A stretch of DNA of 64,000 nt. Origin: an uncultured Flavobacteriales bacterium. GTDB lineage: Bacteria > Bacteroidota > Bacteroidia > Flavobacteriales > BACL11. Below the pieces are notes generated by a model. It did no database searches. It saw nothing but the letters and a program-made list of their open reading frames with translations, and was not told where the DNA came from. The stretch lies in NCBI GenBank assembly GCA_905478185.1, contig CAJQHO010000013.1, positions 9,666 to 73,665 of the forward strand. Reading direction: 5' to 3'. Of the stretch, positions 37,506 to 46,992 are shown in pieces (the first letter of the stretch is position 1; each line of letters begins with the position of its first letter). Made by a program: the position numbers and the translations under genes.

Positions 37506-38279
37506 TTATAGAACCCCCAACCCAATAGCAATTGCCATTAGCATAATCATTACCGCAACAGTAATTTGCACAAATGTAGTTGTGATTTTCTTCAGTATTT
37601 TTTTACCAATTAAAGCGCCAGCAAAGGCAGCTAATACAGCAGCTAAAAGCAAATTGATATTTTCTTATATTCCCATAGAACTATATTTTGTAAAATAAAC
37701 TGATACTCTTGAAATATCAATCACAGAGGAAATCATAACCCCAGTAGCAATAAAACTTTCCTTATTCAATCCACACTTAATTAAGAAAGCACTTCTTAGC
37801 GCTCCTTGATGTCCTGATAGACCTCCAAAAAAACCACTAATAATACCTCCAAAAAATAGTTTGTTTTCATCAAACTCTAATTTTTTGAAAAAGGGTAATA
37901 ATTCCAAAAATGCAAAAGCAAACATTAAAATAGCAATCATCACTTTTATGGGAGTAATCATAAATTCTTTTGCACCTAAAGTATAAGTGTACCATGCTGT
38001 AGTTTCAGAAAAAGACATCAGTATCCATGCTCCAATTAATGCACTCACTATAGCGGGAGCACCAAATTGTATAACGATTCTCCAATTAGCTTCTTTCCCT
38101 ACCAAATACATCTTAAAGAGGTTGTTTAGCAAATGCACAACACCTGTTAAAGCAATTGCCATTTCCAAAGGAAAGAAAAGTGCAAAAACAGGCATCAGGA
38201 TAGTTCCTAAACCAAAACCTGAAAAGAAAGTAAGTAGTGATGCAAAAAATGCAGCTAAGCAGATTAAAAGAATTTCCAT
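37506..38279 (-). pseudogene. Sulfite exporter TauE/SafE family permease interrupted by an in-frame TAA (codon 205 of 257)
   Basis: The track ORF 37665..38279 ends ..VYFTKYSSMGI*. Reading on in the same frame past the TAA (37665..37667) gives ENINLLLAAVLAAFAGALIGKKILKKITTTFVQITVAVMIMLMAIAIGLGVL*, the expected last two TM helices of a ~255-aa TauE protein. Confidence 0.75.
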
Positions 38280-38285
38280 TTAAGT

Positions 38286-39302
38286 TTAAATACTCTTATC
38301 AAACTGCTTTAAGAAACGCACATCATTTTCAAAAAACAAGCGTAAATCTTTTACTCCATATTTTAACATGGCAATTCTTTCAATTCCCATTCCAAAGGCA
38401 TAACCGCTATATTTCTTAGAGTCAATTCCACAGTTTTCCAATACATTTGGGTCCACCATACCGCAACCTAAAATCTCCAAATAACCTGTGTATTTACATA
38501 CATTACATCCTTTACTATTGCAAATATTACAACTTACATCTACCTCAGCACTTGGCTCAGTAAACGGGAAGTAAGAGGGTCTTAATCTTATTTTTGTTTT
38601 TTCTCCAAACATCTCTTTTGCAAAATACAATAGCGCTTGTTTTAAGTCCGAAAAACTTATATTTTCGTCAATATACAATCCTTCCACTTGATGAAAAATA
38701 CAATGTGCTCTTGCTGAGATCACCTCATTTCTATACACCCTACCAGGAGATAGTGTTCTAATTGGCGGGTTGTTATTTTCCATATACCTTACCTGTACGG
38801 ATGAGGTATGTGTCCTAAGTAAAACATCAGGATTAGTTTGTATAAAAAAGGTATCCTGCATATCTCTTGCCGGGTGTTCTTCTGGTAAATTTAAAGCAGA
38901 AAAATTATGCCAATCATCTTCTATTTCTGGCCCCTCACTTACTGTAAACCCAATTCTATTAAAAATATCTACAATCTGATTTCTTACCAATGAAATAGGA
39001 TGTCTGCTACCTAAATTATCCAAAGAAACAGGTCTTGTAAGGTCAATTTCACCATCATTGCTTTCTGTTTCAAAAGTTCCTTTGTAGGAGTCAACTTTCA
39101 CTTGAGCATTTTGTTTAAGCGTATTTATTACTTGTCCGAATTCTTTTTTACTTTCATTAGGAACGCTTTTAAAAGCAGCAAAAAGCTCATTCATTTTCCC
39201 TTTTTTTCCTAAAAATTTTAGACGAAAATCTTCTACTTCCTTTTCGGATTTTGGAATAAAACTATCAACCTCTTGTAGTAAATCTTTAACTGTTTCTAAC
39301 AT
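38286..39302 (-). CDS. pheS: Phenylalanine--tRNA ligase subunit alpha
   Basis: 338 aa with HPARDMQDTF, LLRTHTSSVQ, GRVYRNE, FHQVEG, FPFTEPS.E.D, GCGMVDP.V, GYAFGMGIERIAML. Confidence 0.97.
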   Translation of the reverse strand: MLETVKDLLQEVDSFIPKSEKEVEDFRLKFLGKKGKMNELFAAFKSVPNESKKEFGQVINTLKQNAQVKVDSYKGTFETESNDGEIDLTRPVSLDNLGSRHPISLVRNQIVDIFNRIGFTVSEGPEIEDDWHNFSALNLPEEHPARDMQDTFFIQTNPDVLLRTHTSSVQVRYMENNNPPIRTLSPGRVYRNEVISARAHCIFHQVEGLYIDENISFSDLKQALLYFAKEMFGEKTKIRLRPSYFPFTEPSAEVDVSCNICNSKGCNVCKYTGYLEILGCGMVDPNVLENCGIDSKKYSGYAFGMGIERIAMLKYGVKDLRLFFENDVRFLKQFDKSI

Positions 39303-39316
39303 TCTAATAAATTGTA

Positions 39317-39324
39317 TATCTTTG
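39317..39324 (+). promoter_or_regulatory. -7 promoter box (TATCTTTG), 28 nt upstream of the lipoprotein gene
   Basis: Exact TAnnTTTG match. Confidence 0.4.
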
Positions 39325-39352
39325 CTTATCTAAACACAAAGAAACAATAATT

Positions 39353-39808
39353 ATGCTAAATAAAATTTTAAAGTCAGTATTATTAGGGGTTTTTGCCCTA
39401 GCGATTGTAACAAACTTTAGTTCTTGTAAAAAAGAAAAAGAAACTATAGCAGCAATTGTTGTTAAAAATGATGCAGGTCTTCCAATTTCACATGCAAGAG
39501 TTGTGTTACATGCTATGCCTTTAAAAAACTCACTTTACACATATAACCCTGATAATTATGATACTTTTGACTATATGATTAAGTCTAATTTAGACACGGT
39601 TTATAGCGCACAAGGTCAAATTTCAGATATTTTTGTTGCTGATTGGACTGATGATAATGGGAGAGCAGAATTTACTTTACCACTAGCAATGATACTGAAT
39701 GTTTCTGCTTTATGGCAAGTTGATAATAATATTGAGCGTATGGGGGCTAATATTATTAATATTAAAGAAGGAGAGATTACAACTCAAGTTGTAGAAATTA
39801 GAAACTAA
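39353..39808 (+). CDS. Putative lipoprotein, function unknown
   Basis: 151 aa with signal plus lipobox (TNFSSC). A beta-rich stretch (IAAIVVKNDAGLPISHARVVL) hints at a carboxypeptidase-regulatory-like fold; that is inference only. Confidence 0.55.
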   Translation: MLNKILKSVLLGVFALAIVTNFSSCKKEKETIAAIVVKNDAGLPISHARVVLHAMPLKNSLYTYNPDNYDTFDYMIKSNLDTVYSAQGQISDIFVADWTDDNGRAEFTLPLAMILNVSALWQVDNNIERMGANIINIKEGEITTQVVEIRN

Positions 39809-40128
39809 GCAAGATATTTTAAAATAGCCTCTTGCATTAATAATCCCTGTTGGTTTTCTGTTAGGTTTTTTACTGCTTTTAATTCAGTAAAATGTGGCCA
39901 TCCATCCTCATCAATACTATCAAATTTATAGTAGCCAAACGAACACAAAACCTTACAAGTTGCTACATGTAATACATCTAATTTTTCCTCTCTACTAAAA
40001 CGATAGCTTTCAAAATTTAATTCTTGAATTCCAATTAAGTATAGAATTCCTTTAAGAGTCATTTCATCATCAAACTGTTTTTCTAGCTTTTTAATTAAAG
40101 CATCCCACTTTTTATTTAGATCTTCCAT
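39805..40128 (-). CDS. Hypothetical cytoplasmic protein (107 aa)
   Basis: Clean ORF with a -7 box immediately upstream. I recognise no motif. Confidence 0.55.
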   Translation of the reverse strand: MEDLNKKWDALIKKLEKQFDDEMTLKGILYLIGIQELNFESYRFSREEKLDVLHVATCKVLCSFGYYKFDSIDEDGWPHFTELKAVKNLTENQQGLLMQEAILKYLA

Positions 40129-40132
40129 TTTG

Positions 40133-40140
40133 CAAAAGTA
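40133..40140 (-). promoter_or_regulatory. -7 promoter box (TACTTTTG) only 4 nt upstream of the ATG; predicted leaderless transcript
   Basis: The minus strand reads TACTTTTGCAAAATG. Confidence 0.45.
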
Positions 40141-40160
40141 AGTTTTAATATCTTTACCAA

Positions 40161-40709
40161 ATGAATTATTTAGATATTGTTATCGCAATCCCATTGCTTT
40201 ATGGTTTAATTAAAGGATTTACTAATGGACTTATAAAAGAGATTACTGGTTTATTAGGTTTAATTATTGGAGCTTATGTAGCTATTAATTTTTCTTCTTA
40301 TTTACATCCAAAATTTGAAGAAATTTTAGGAGGATATGAGCAGTTTATACCAATAATAGCATTTGCAACCCTAATTATAGTAAGCGTATTGATGATAAAA
40401 ATATTAGGTTATATTATTGATAAATTAACTAAAGCTTTAGCTTTAGGCTTTGTTAGTAGGATTTTAGGAGCTATGTTTGGTTTTTTAAAAGTTGTAGTGA
40501 TTTTCAGTTTTCTTTTAGCAATAGTCTCTGATTATGATTTGATTGATAAAAACACACAAGACGAGTCAGTTCTGTTAAAACCTATCCAAGAAGTATCCGA
40601 CTTGATAAGTCCAGAAATTAACAAACATAAAACTACAATTTTAGATAAAGTAGAAAAAAGTGCAGATGAAGTAAAGAACAAACTAAATAACTCTAACTCT
40701 TCTGAATAG
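40161..40709 (+). CDS. cvpA: CvpA family membrane protein
   Basis: 182 aa. The N-terminus MNYLDIVIAIPLLYGLIKGFTNGLIKE plus 4 TM helices is the typical CvpA organisation. Confidence 0.82.
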   Translation: MNYLDIVIAIPLLYGLIKGFTNGLIKEITGLLGLIIGAYVAINFSSYLHPKFEEILGGYEQFIPIIAFATLIIVSVLMIKILGYIIDKLTKALALGFVSRILGAMFGFLKVVVIFSFLLAIVSDYDLIDKNTQDESVLLKPIQEVSDLISPEINKHKTTILDKVEKSADEVKNKLNNSNSSE

Positions 40710-41886
40710 CAACAACACCAGGAAGCTCTTTACCCTCTAAGTATTCTAGCATTGCCCCACCACCGGTTGAAATATAAGAGACTTTATCTGCAAACCCAAA
40801 TTTCTTTACTGCAGCCACTGAATCACCCCCACCAACTAATGAGAATGCTCCGTTTTCTGTTGCCTCACAAATTGCCTCACCAATTTCTTTGGTTCCTTTA
40901 CAGAAATTTTCCATTTCAAAAACCCCCATTGGCCCGTTCCAAATTATTGTTTTTGAGTTTTTAATTATACTCGAAAAACTAGCAATACTTTCTGGGCCTA
41001 TATCTAACCCCATGTATTCATCAGCAATATTTTTGATATCAGTAATATTGGTATTTGCATCATTTTTAAAATCATTTGCATTTACTGAGTCACTTGGAAG
41101 CAGTAAATTTACCCCTCTGTTTTTCGCATCTTCAATAAGTTGCTTTGCAAGGGCAATTTTCTCTTCTTCAACTAAAGACTTCCCGATATTACCACTACAA
41201 GCTTTTGCAAAAGTATAAGCCATACCTCCTCCAATAATTAAATTATCAACCTTATCAAAAAGAGATTTTATAACATCAATTTTTCCTGAGATTTTTGCTC
41301 CACCAATAATTGCAGTAAAAGGCCTTTTTGGTGTAGTAAGTGCTTTTTCTAATGATTCAATTTCACCACTCAGTAAAAACCCAAAATATTTAGTATTAGG
41401 AAAATAATCTGCAATAATTGCTGTAGAAGCATGAGCTCTATGAGCAGTTCCGAATGCATCATTGATATAAATATCAGCAAGTTCAGAAAGCTGTTTAGCA
41501 AATTTTAGACCTCCTAATTTTTCTTCTTTATAAAACCTTAAGTTTTCTAAAACCAACACATCTCCATTCTCCATTTTAGAAATATCAGCAGTAGTGCTTT
41601 CTCCAATACAATCGCTACTAAACGCTACAGTTCTATCTATTAATTTTGATAACTGCTTTACAATGTGTTTTAATGAAAACTTTTCCTCAAAACTATCTTT
41701 TGGCCTACCAAGATGGGACATTAGAATTGCTTTTCCTCCACAAGAAATAACTTTTTTAATAGTTGGTAGTGCAGCAAGAATTCTACTGTTATCAGTAATA
41801 TTAAAATGTTCATCCAAAGGAACATTAAAATCTACACGAATTAAAACTCTTTTGCCCTCTAGCGAAACGTCTTGTATGTTTTTCAT
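40693..41886 (-). CDS. pgk: Phosphoglycerate kinase
   Basis: 397 aa with RVDFNVP, RI.AALPTI, SHLGRP, DAFGTAHRAHAST, GGAKISGKI, GGGMAYTF, WNGPMGVFE, GGGDS.AA. Confidence 0.97.
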   Translation of the reverse strand: MKNIQDVSLEGKRVLIRVDFNVPLDEHFNITDNSRILAALPTIKKVISCGGKAILMSHLGRPKDSFEEKFSLKHIVKQLSKLIDRTVAFSSDCIGESTTADISKMENGDVLVLENLRFYKEEKLGGLKFAKQLSELADIYINDAFGTAHRAHASTAIIADYFPNTKYFGFLLSGEIESLEKALTTPKRPFTAIIGGAKISGKIDVIKSLFDKVDNLIIGGGMAYTFAKACSGNIGKSLVEEEKIALAKQLIEDAKNRGVNLLLPSDSVNANDFKNDANTNITDIKNIADEYMGLDIGPESIASFSSIIKNSKTIIWNGPMGVFEMENFCKGTKEIGEAICEATENGAFSLVGGGDSVAAVKKFGFADKVSYISTGGGAMLEYLEGKELPGVVAIQKS

Positions 41887-41890
41887 TTTG

Positions 41891-41898
41891 CAAAAGTA
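41891..41898 (-). promoter_or_regulatory. -7 promoter box (TACTTTTG) only 4 nt upstream of the pgk ATG; predicted leaderless transcript
   Basis: The minus strand reads TACTTTTGCAAAATG, identical to the 15-mer at 40126..40140. Confidence 0.45.
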
Positions 41899-41929
41899 AA
41901 ATAAATGCTATAAATCAGTACATTTTTTT

Positions 41930-41937
41930 TACATTTG
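41930..41937 (+). promoter_or_regulatory. -7 promoter box (TACATTTG), 17 nt upstream of holB
   Basis: Exact TAnnTTTG match. Confidence 0.4.
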
Positions 41938-41954
41938 ACAGAAAGAAATTTTAA

Positions 41955-43100
41955 ATGTTATTTAAGGATATAATAGGCAATAATGCTGTAAAAAAGCAAC
42001 TGACTGAGGCGGTTAAGAACAATCGAATAAGTCATGCACAACTTTTTTCAGGAAAAAGTGGTAGTGCAAAATTAGCCCTTGCACTTGCGTATTCTCAATA
42101 TTTAAATTGTGAAAATAAAACTGAGAATGATTCTTGCGGATCTTGTTCATCATGTCTGAAATTTTCTAATTTATCTCATCCCGATTTGCATTTAATTTTT
42201 CCTGTTTTAAAAGTGAATGGGGTAAAAACCCCAACTAGTGATATTTTTGTAAATCAATGGAGAGAGTTAATTTTATCTAATCAGTATATTAGCATAAATG
42301 ATTGGATTGATTCTTTTGGTACCGAGAATAAAACAGGACAACAAGGGTCTATTTATATTGATGAGGCAGCATCTATTCAAAGAAAATTGAGTCTTAAAAA
42401 CTATGAAGCTGAATATAGAGTTGTTCTTATATGGATGCCAGAAAGAATGAACCTTACAGTTGCCAATAAGTTGCTAAAACTACTTGAGGAACCCCCAAAA
42501 GGGACAGTTTTTATTTTGGTTTCAGAAGACGCAAATAATTTATTGCCAACTATCATCTCTCGCTTACAAACTTTAAAAATCCCTGATTTCAATCCTGAAG
42601 ATATTGTTCATTATTTTGGAGGCATTACTCTTGAAAAAGCAAAACATCTTAAAAATATTACAGATGCTGATTTAGGGAAAATGATTAAAATTCAGCAAGA
42701 TTCTGAAGGGATTTTAGATTTTTTTGAGGAGTTCTCAGCATGGATGAGGCTTGCATACAAAATGGATATTGGTGGAATCTCTAAATGGGTGGATAAAATC
42801 TCAACAACGGGTAGAAAGCACCAAAAATTGTTTTTATCTTATGCAATAAAAATGATGAGGGAGTGTTTAATTTTGAACTTTGCCAACTCATCACTTTTAA
42901 AAACAAACGAAAAAGAGCATGCTTTTATAGGTAAATTTTCACCCTTCATACATGAGGAAAATAGTGTTAAGATAGTGGAAGAATTAGAAAAATCAATAAA
43001 ATCAATTAACAGAAACGCAAATGCAAAAATTTTATTTTTTGAGCTATCATTAAAAATGGTAAAATTCTTAAAAGTTAAGCGTAAATTTGCACTTAAATAA
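41955..43100 (+). CDS. holB: DNA polymerase III subunit delta prime
   Basis: 381 aa with NRISHAQLFSG..GS.KLALALAY, the zinc-module-like CGSCSSC, HPDLH, and KLLKLLEEPP..T.FILV. Confidence 0.87.
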   Translation: MLFKDIIGNNAVKKQLTEAVKNNRISHAQLFSGKSGSAKLALALAYSQYLNCENKTENDSCGSCSSCLKFSNLSHPDLHLIFPVLKVNGVKTPTSDIFVNQWRELILSNQYISINDWIDSFGTENKTGQQGSIYIDEAASIQRKLSLKNYEAEYRVVLIWMPERMNLTVANKLLKLLEEPPKGTVFILVSEDANNLLPTIISRLQTLKIPDFNPEDIVHYFGGITLEKAKHLKNITDADLGKMIKIQQDSEGILDFFEEFSAWMRLAYKMDIGGISKWVDKISTTGRKHQKLFLSYAIKMMRECLILNFANSSLLKTNEKEHAFIGKFSPFIHEENSVKIVEELEKSIKSINRNANAKILFFELSLKMVKFLKVKRKFALK

Positions 43101-43111
43101 AATTATAAAAT

Positions 43112-44290
43112 ATGAGTTGTGGAAGCGGAGGAGGTTGTGATACATGTGAAGTCTCAGAATCTAGAGGTTGTGGAGTAAGTTCAGTATTTGATTGGCTTTA
43201 CCAGATTGATGGGCCTAAAACTGATAATTCTAACCTAATTGAAGTTCAATTTAAAGGAGATAGAAAAGATTTTTATACAAATACAGAAAATCTTGATATA
43301 AAACATGGAGACATGGTAGCTGTTCAGGGAGATAAATCTGGGCATGATATTGGTAAAATAACTATGATTGGAGAATTAGTGGCACTTCAAATTACTAGAA
43401 AAAACAGAAATACTGAAAAAGACCCTCTTAAAAAATTATATCGTTTAGCATCAGAAACAGATATTGAAAAACAAAAAGGAGCCATTGAAAGAGAGGATGG
43501 CATTCTTGAAAAAGCAAAAAGAATTATTGAAGATTATAAGCTTGAGATGAAGTTGGCTGATGTGGAATTTCAAGGAGATAATTCAAAAGCTACTTTTTAC
43601 TATACTGCTGATAAAAGAGTTGATTTTAGAGAATTAATTAGAGAATATTCTAGGCAATTTGGTGTTCGTGTAGAAATGAGGCAAATTGGAGTAAGGCAAG
43701 AGGCTGCTAAAATTGGAGGAATTGGAAGTTGTGGTAGAGAGCTTTGTTGCTCTACTTGGATGTCAGAGTTTCCTTCAGTTTCAACTAGTGCAGCGAGGTA
43801 TCAACAACTTTCAATAAATCCTCAAAAAATTTCAGGGCAATGCGGTAGGTTAAAGTGTTGTTTGAACTTTGAGCTTGATGGTTATGTTGAGGCGCTTAAA
43901 GACTTTCCAAGTAATAAAGTACAATTGAAAACCAAAAAAGGAACTGGGAAATTCGTAAAGATCGATGTATTTAAAAGATTAATGTTTTATTATAATCCTG
44001 AAAGTCCAGGAGATTTTATTGAACTTCCAGTTGATGGTGTAAAACAGCTTATTGAATTAAATAAAAAAGGAGACATTCCTGTAAGTTTTGATGAGTTTAC
44101 TGTTGAAGAAGAAGTTGTAGAAGTGAGTTTTGAAGATGCAATGGGACAAGATAATATCAATAGATTTGATAAGAAAAATCCTAAGAAAAGCAAAAAAAGA
44201 AAACGACCAGAAAGAAGAGAAAATTATAAAAAAAACAAAGCCAAAGCACAACAAAGAAGGCAAGAAAATAAACCAAAGAAGAATGCGTAA
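43112..44290 (+). CDS. PSP1 domain protein (RicT/YaaT-like) with a long basic C-terminal tail
   Basis: 392 aa. PSP1 core (..FYYTADKRVDFRELIREYSRQFGVRVEMRQIGVRQEA...GSCGRELCCSTW...QCGRLKCCLNFE). The last ~45 aa are K/R-rich. Confidence 0.9.
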   Translation: MSCGSGGGCDTCEVSESRGCGVSSVFDWLYQIDGPKTDNSNLIEVQFKGDRKDFYTNTENLDIKHGDMVAVQGDKSGHDIGKITMIGELVALQITRKNRNTEKDPLKKLYRLASETDIEKQKGAIEREDGILEKAKRIIEDYKLEMKLADVEFQGDNSKATFYYTADKRVDFRELIREYSRQFGVRVEMRQIGVRQEAAKIGGIGSCGRELCCSTWMSEFPSVSTSAARYQQLSINPQKISGQCGRLKCCLNFELDGYVEALKDFPSNKVQLKTKKGTGKFVKIDVFKRLMFYYNPESPGDFIELPVDGVKQLIELNKKGDIPVSFDEFTVEEEVVEVSFEDAMGQDNINRFDKKNPKKSKKRKRPERRENYKKNKAKAQQRRQENKPKKNA

Positions 44291-44741
44291 TTTGAGCGGC
44301 ATTTTTTTGTTTTTTGTTTTTTTTTCTTGTGATAACACAGTTTATGAAAGCCATAATTCTTTTGAAGAAAAATCATGGAATTCTGATAGTGTTATAACTT
44401 TTAATTACAATATTTCAGATACTTTAACCCCGTATGAAATGAGTGTTTTAGTTCGTCATACTGTTGATTACGAATACCAAAACTTATTCCTTTTTCTATC
44501 AGGAGATTTAAACGATACTATTGAGCTTGAATTGGCTGATAAAATTGGAAAATGGAAAGGAAGTGGTCTTAGCGACATAAGAGAGTTTGAATATCTTATT
44601 GCAAAAAATAAAGTGTTCTCAAAAAAAGGAAACCACTCAATAAATATTGAACAAGCAATGCGATTTGGGGCTAAAGAAAAAATACAAAATTTGGAGCATG
44701 TTATTGATATTGGATTAATAATCAGAAAGCAAAATGACTAG
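44283..44741 (+). CDS. gldH: Gliding motility lipoprotein GldH
   Basis: Start moved to MRNLSGIFLFFVFFSCDN (lipobox). About 152 aa with W..DS...F.Y.I.D....Y...V.VRH...Y.YQNLF, LADK.GKW.G.G and IEQAMR. The track's longer ORF (from 44130) overlaps the PSP1 tail. Confidence 0.8.
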   Translation: MRNLSGIFLFFVFFSCDNTVYESHNSFEEKSWNSDSVITFNYNISDTLTPYEMSVLVRHTVDYEYQNLFLFLSGDLNDTIELELADKIGKWKGSGLSDIREFEYLIAKNKVFSKKGNHSINIEQAMRFGAKEKIQNLEHVIDIGLIIRKQND

Positions 44742-46989
44742 AGGGAAAAAAATCATATTATGGCTTGTTGTTTTAGGGCCTTTTATTGGACTTTTCTCAT
44801 TAGTTTGGCTTACTTCACTAGGGTTCTTTGGTGCTTTACCAACTTTTGATCAATTAGAAAATCCTAAGAATAATTTAGCAACTGAAATCATGTCAGAAGA
44901 TGGTGTTGTTTTGGGAAAATACTTTTTTGAAAACAGAAGTAGAGTAAGCTACAATGAGATTCCACAAAATTTAATCACAGCTTTAATGGCAACTGAGGAT
45001 GTTCGTTTTAGAGAACATTCAGGGATAGACGGACGAGCTTTACTTAGAGCAATTTTTGGTGCAGTTACAGGAAAAAGCAGTTCGGGTGGGGCAAGTACAA
45101 TTACGCAACAATTAGCAAAAATGTTGTTTACTGAAAAACCTAGCTCGGGTATTGATAGGGTAATGCAAAAGCTCAAAGAATGGATTATTGCTGCTCAGCT
45201 CGAGAAAAGATATACAAAAGATGAGATTCTTGCAATGTATCTAAACCGATTTGACTGGGTAAATAATGCAGTTGGAATTAAATCTGCAGCAGGAGTTTAC
45301 TTTAATAAAAAACCATTTGAGTTAGATATAGTAGAATCAGCAATGTTGGTAGGAATGCTAAAAAACCCTGCTTTATACAATCCAAATAGAAGATTAGAAT
45401 TAACTGAAGGAAGAAGAAATATTGTGCTTTCTCAAATGAATAGATATGAGTTTATTTCTGATTCATTATTTGATGTTCTCAAGAATCAGCCTATTGTTTT
45501 AGATTTTAAAAGGGCTAGTCATAATGAAGGCTTAGCTCCTTATTTTAGAGAATATTTAAGGGGAAAGTTAAAAGAATGGTGTTCCAATCATACCAAGCCA
45601 GATGGAACAAACTATAATGCTTATACTGATGGATTAAAAGTTTACACAACCATTAATTCTCGCCTCCAAACTTTCGCAGAGGAAGGGCTAAAATCTCACA
45701 TTTCATCACTTCAAAAGGACTTTTACAAACACTGGAAAGGGTATAGTAAAGCACCATATCCTAAAGATTTTGAGTGGGAACAAATCAATGCTATTATTGA
45801 TGCAGGAATGAAAAGGTCGGAACGCTACAGAAAACTAAAAAAAGCTGGAAAATCAGAAAGTGAGATTAAGCAAATTTTCAAAATAAAAGTTCCAATGACT
45901 TTGTTTTCTTGGGGTGGCGAAATAGACACTGTTTTATCTCCAAGAGATTCTATAAAGTATAACAAGTATTTCATCCATTCTGGAATGATGAGTATGGACC
46001 CTAAAACTGGCTTTGTAAAGGCATATGTTGGCGGAATCAATTACAAACATTTTAAGTACGACCATGTTAAAGTTGGAAAAAGACAAGTAGGGTCAACTTT
46101 TAAGCCATTTTTATATTCGTTAGCAATACAAGAGGGTTACTCCCCATGTTATAAAATACCAAATGTGCCTGTTGTTTTTGATAAAGAAAGATGGGGGTTA
46201 GCTAAAGATTGGGCGCCCAAAAATTCTGGTGATGATTTTGATGAAATGAATATTACGCTAAAGTTTGGTTTGGCAAATTCTATCAATACAATTACTGCTT
46301 ATATCATGAAGCAATTTGGTCCTCATGCAGTTGTTGATTTAGCTAAGAAGATTGGAATTCAATCAGAGATATTAGCAGTGCCGTCATTATGTCTTGGTAC
46401 TTTTGATTTATCAGTTTATGAAATGGTAGGGGCTTACTCCACATTTGTGAATAAAGGCGTTTGGACTAAGCCGATTTTTATTACTAGGATAGAAGATAAG
46501 AATGGTGTTGTTTTGGAAGATTTCACTCCAAAAACTCAGGAAGCAATGAGTGAGGAAACAGCTAATTTAATGGTGCGTATGTTACAGGGGGTAGTTGATG
46601 GAGTTTACAGTCCAGCAGCTGATAAAACATTAGGAACAGGAGTGAGGTTGCGCTATAAGTATCAGTTTAAAAATGAAATGGGTGGTAAAACAGGGACTAC
46701 TCAAAATCAATCGGATGGTTATTTTATGGGAATTACTCCCAACTTAGTAACTGGCGTTTGGAGTGGTTGTGAGGATAGGGCAGCTCATTTTAGAACAATA
46801 GTTCTAGGACAAGGCGCTAATATGGCTTTGCCAGTTTTTGCTGAGTATATGCAAAGGGTTTATGCTGACACTTTGGAGACAGGAATTTATCCAATTGATT
46901 TTGATATTCCTCAGTCAGTTGATGATAGACTTGATTGTGGCGAATCAATTCAAGGAGGAAATAATGATGAATATGAAGAAGAATTTTAA
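44734..46989 (+). CDS. mrcA: Penicillin-binding protein 1A (bifunctional transglycosylase/transpeptidase)
   Basis: 751 aa with the GT51 motifs ATEDVRFREHSGID, GASTITQQLAK, RKLKEW..A.QLE..YTKDEIL..YLN. Transpeptidase motifs: SxxK = STFK (GSTFKPF), SxN = SIN (GLANSINT), KTG (GGKTGTTQN). Confidence 0.95.
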   Translation: MTRGKKIILWLVVLGPFIGLFSLVWLTSLGFFGALPTFDQLENPKNNLATEIMSEDGVVLGKYFFENRSRVSYNEIPQNLITALMATEDVRFREHSGIDGRALLRAIFGAVTGKSSSGGASTITQQLAKMLFTEKPSSGIDRVMQKLKEWIIAAQLEKRYTKDEILAMYLNRFDWVNNAVGIKSAAGVYFNKKPFELDIVESAMLVGMLKNPALYNPNRRLELTEGRRNIVLSQMNRYEFISDSLFDVLKNQPIVLDFKRASHNEGLAPYFREYLRGKLKEWCSNHTKPDGTNYNAYTDGLKVYTTINSRLQTFAEEGLKSHISSLQKDFYKHWKGYSKAPYPKDFEWEQINAIIDAGMKRSERYRKLKKAGKSESEIKQIFKIKVPMTLFSWGGEIDTVLSPRDSIKYNKYFIHSGMMSMDPKTGFVKAYVGGINYKHFKYDHVKVGKRQVGSTFKPFLYSLAIQEGYSPCYKIPNVPVVFDKERWGLAKDWAPKNSGDDFDEMNITLKFGLANSINTITAYIMKQFGPHAVVDLAKKIGIQSEILAVPSLCLGTFDLSVYEMVGAYSTFVNKGVWTKPIFITRIEDKNGVVLEDFTPKTQEAMSEETANLMVRMLQGVVDGVYSPAADKTLGTGVRLRYKYQFKNEMGGKTGTTQNQSDGYFMGITPNLVTGVWSGCEDRAAHFRTIVLGQGANMALPVFAEYMQRVYADTLETGIYPIDFDIPQSVDDRLDCGESIQGGNNDEYEEEF

Positions 46990-46992
46990 GAT

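Noticed and set aside
37665-37667. Reassignment of TAA as a sense codon, or programmed readthrough, to explain the interrupted TauE gene
   Set aside because: TAA is used as the genuine terminator by most well-supported genes in this window (for example atpG, dut, fabF and pgk), so global reassignment is excluded. I see no specific readthrough context.
40752-41899. Plus-strand ORFs 40752..40964, 40889..41218 and 41594..41899, antisense to pgk. Similar ORFs lie in lysS (55026..55355, 55752..55937, 55944..56237), PBP1A, ALDH, dxr and elsewhere
   Set aside because: All are nested in strongly supported genes on the opposite strand, have no independent signals, and show the Ser/Leu/Ile-rich composition expected by chance.
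43990-44338. Minus-strand ORFs (43990..44193 and 44057..44338) and the long plus-strand extension of gldH across the PSP1 tail
   Set aside because: They arise from the low-complexity AAG/AAA-rich sequence encoding the basic PSP1 tail, which stays open in several frames. None has independent support.
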